A stretch of DNA of 63,638 nt, filler included. It is 6 parts of 6 records of this genome, joined end to end, with 100 filler letters (N's around TTAATTAATTAA, not from the genome) between each part and the next. Parts side by side here need not be neighbours in the genome. Positions count along the whole stretch, not along the records: positions 57,860 to 63,638 come from DRR723986_4295; 5 more parts are not named here. One strand, given 5' to 3'. The notes under the pieces were generated by a model that made no database searches, was not told where the DNA came from, and worked only from the letters and a program-made list of their open reading frames with translations. Numbering within the stretch: position 1 is the first letter of the stretch; each line of letters starts with the position of its first letter. A program made the position numbers and the translations under genes. Below are positions 63,612 to 63,638 of the stretch, piece by piece.

Positions 63612-63638
63612 ATGGCACGCGCACCTCTTTTACAACTG
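63612..63638 (+). CDS. Probable start of an ABC-F (Uup-like) ATP-binding protein, truncated by window end
   Basis: MARAPLLQL resembles the N-terminus of Rhodobacteraceae ABC-F proteins; only nine codons visible. Confidence 0.45.

Overview
The window is not one locus. It consists of six unrelated contigs joined by five artificial 100-nt spacers (N44-TTAATTAATTAA-N44) at 8367-8466, 16553-16652, 33056-33155, 51729-51828 and 57760-57859. All six look alphaproteobacterial; taxon guesses are inferences from gene order and composition. (1) 1-8366, very GC-rich, Rhodobacteraceae-like: purM-purN-rnd, a lipoprotein, and a Cache kinase/NarL pair divergent from a TRAP transporter, with two intergenic repeat arrays. 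(2) 8467-16552: ureC-GST-ureEFG, a GNAT-like ORF, a secreted VWA/Ig-repeat protein, DUF1761 and acs. (3) 16653-33055, Hyphomonadaceae/Caulobacterales-like: a TonB receptor-GH16-MFS-GH3 beta-glucan locus followed on the same strand by zwf-pgl-edd-glk-eda, then purB, a 23-aa-repeat peptidoglycan-binding protein and nuoAB. (4) 33156-51728, lower GC: half tRNA-Gln, ispE, TPR lipoprotein, ETF-QO, a catalytically degenerate uracil-DNA glycosylase, Slt, moaB, assorted metabolic genes, rluD and rpoH. (5) 51829-57759: mltB, rpsO with its leader, gatB, a DUF4034-like ORF and degP. (6) 57860-63638: half tRNA-Pro, merR-family gene, ihfA, fabH, plsX, rpmF, yceD, bamE, glsB-like gene and the start of an ABC-F gene. 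No CRISPR array, transposase, phage gene or defence system is visible. The best leads are the pseudo-UDG, the polymer-to-pyruvate beta-glucan locus, the out-and-back 23-aa repeat PG-binding protein and the 33-bp hairpin array.
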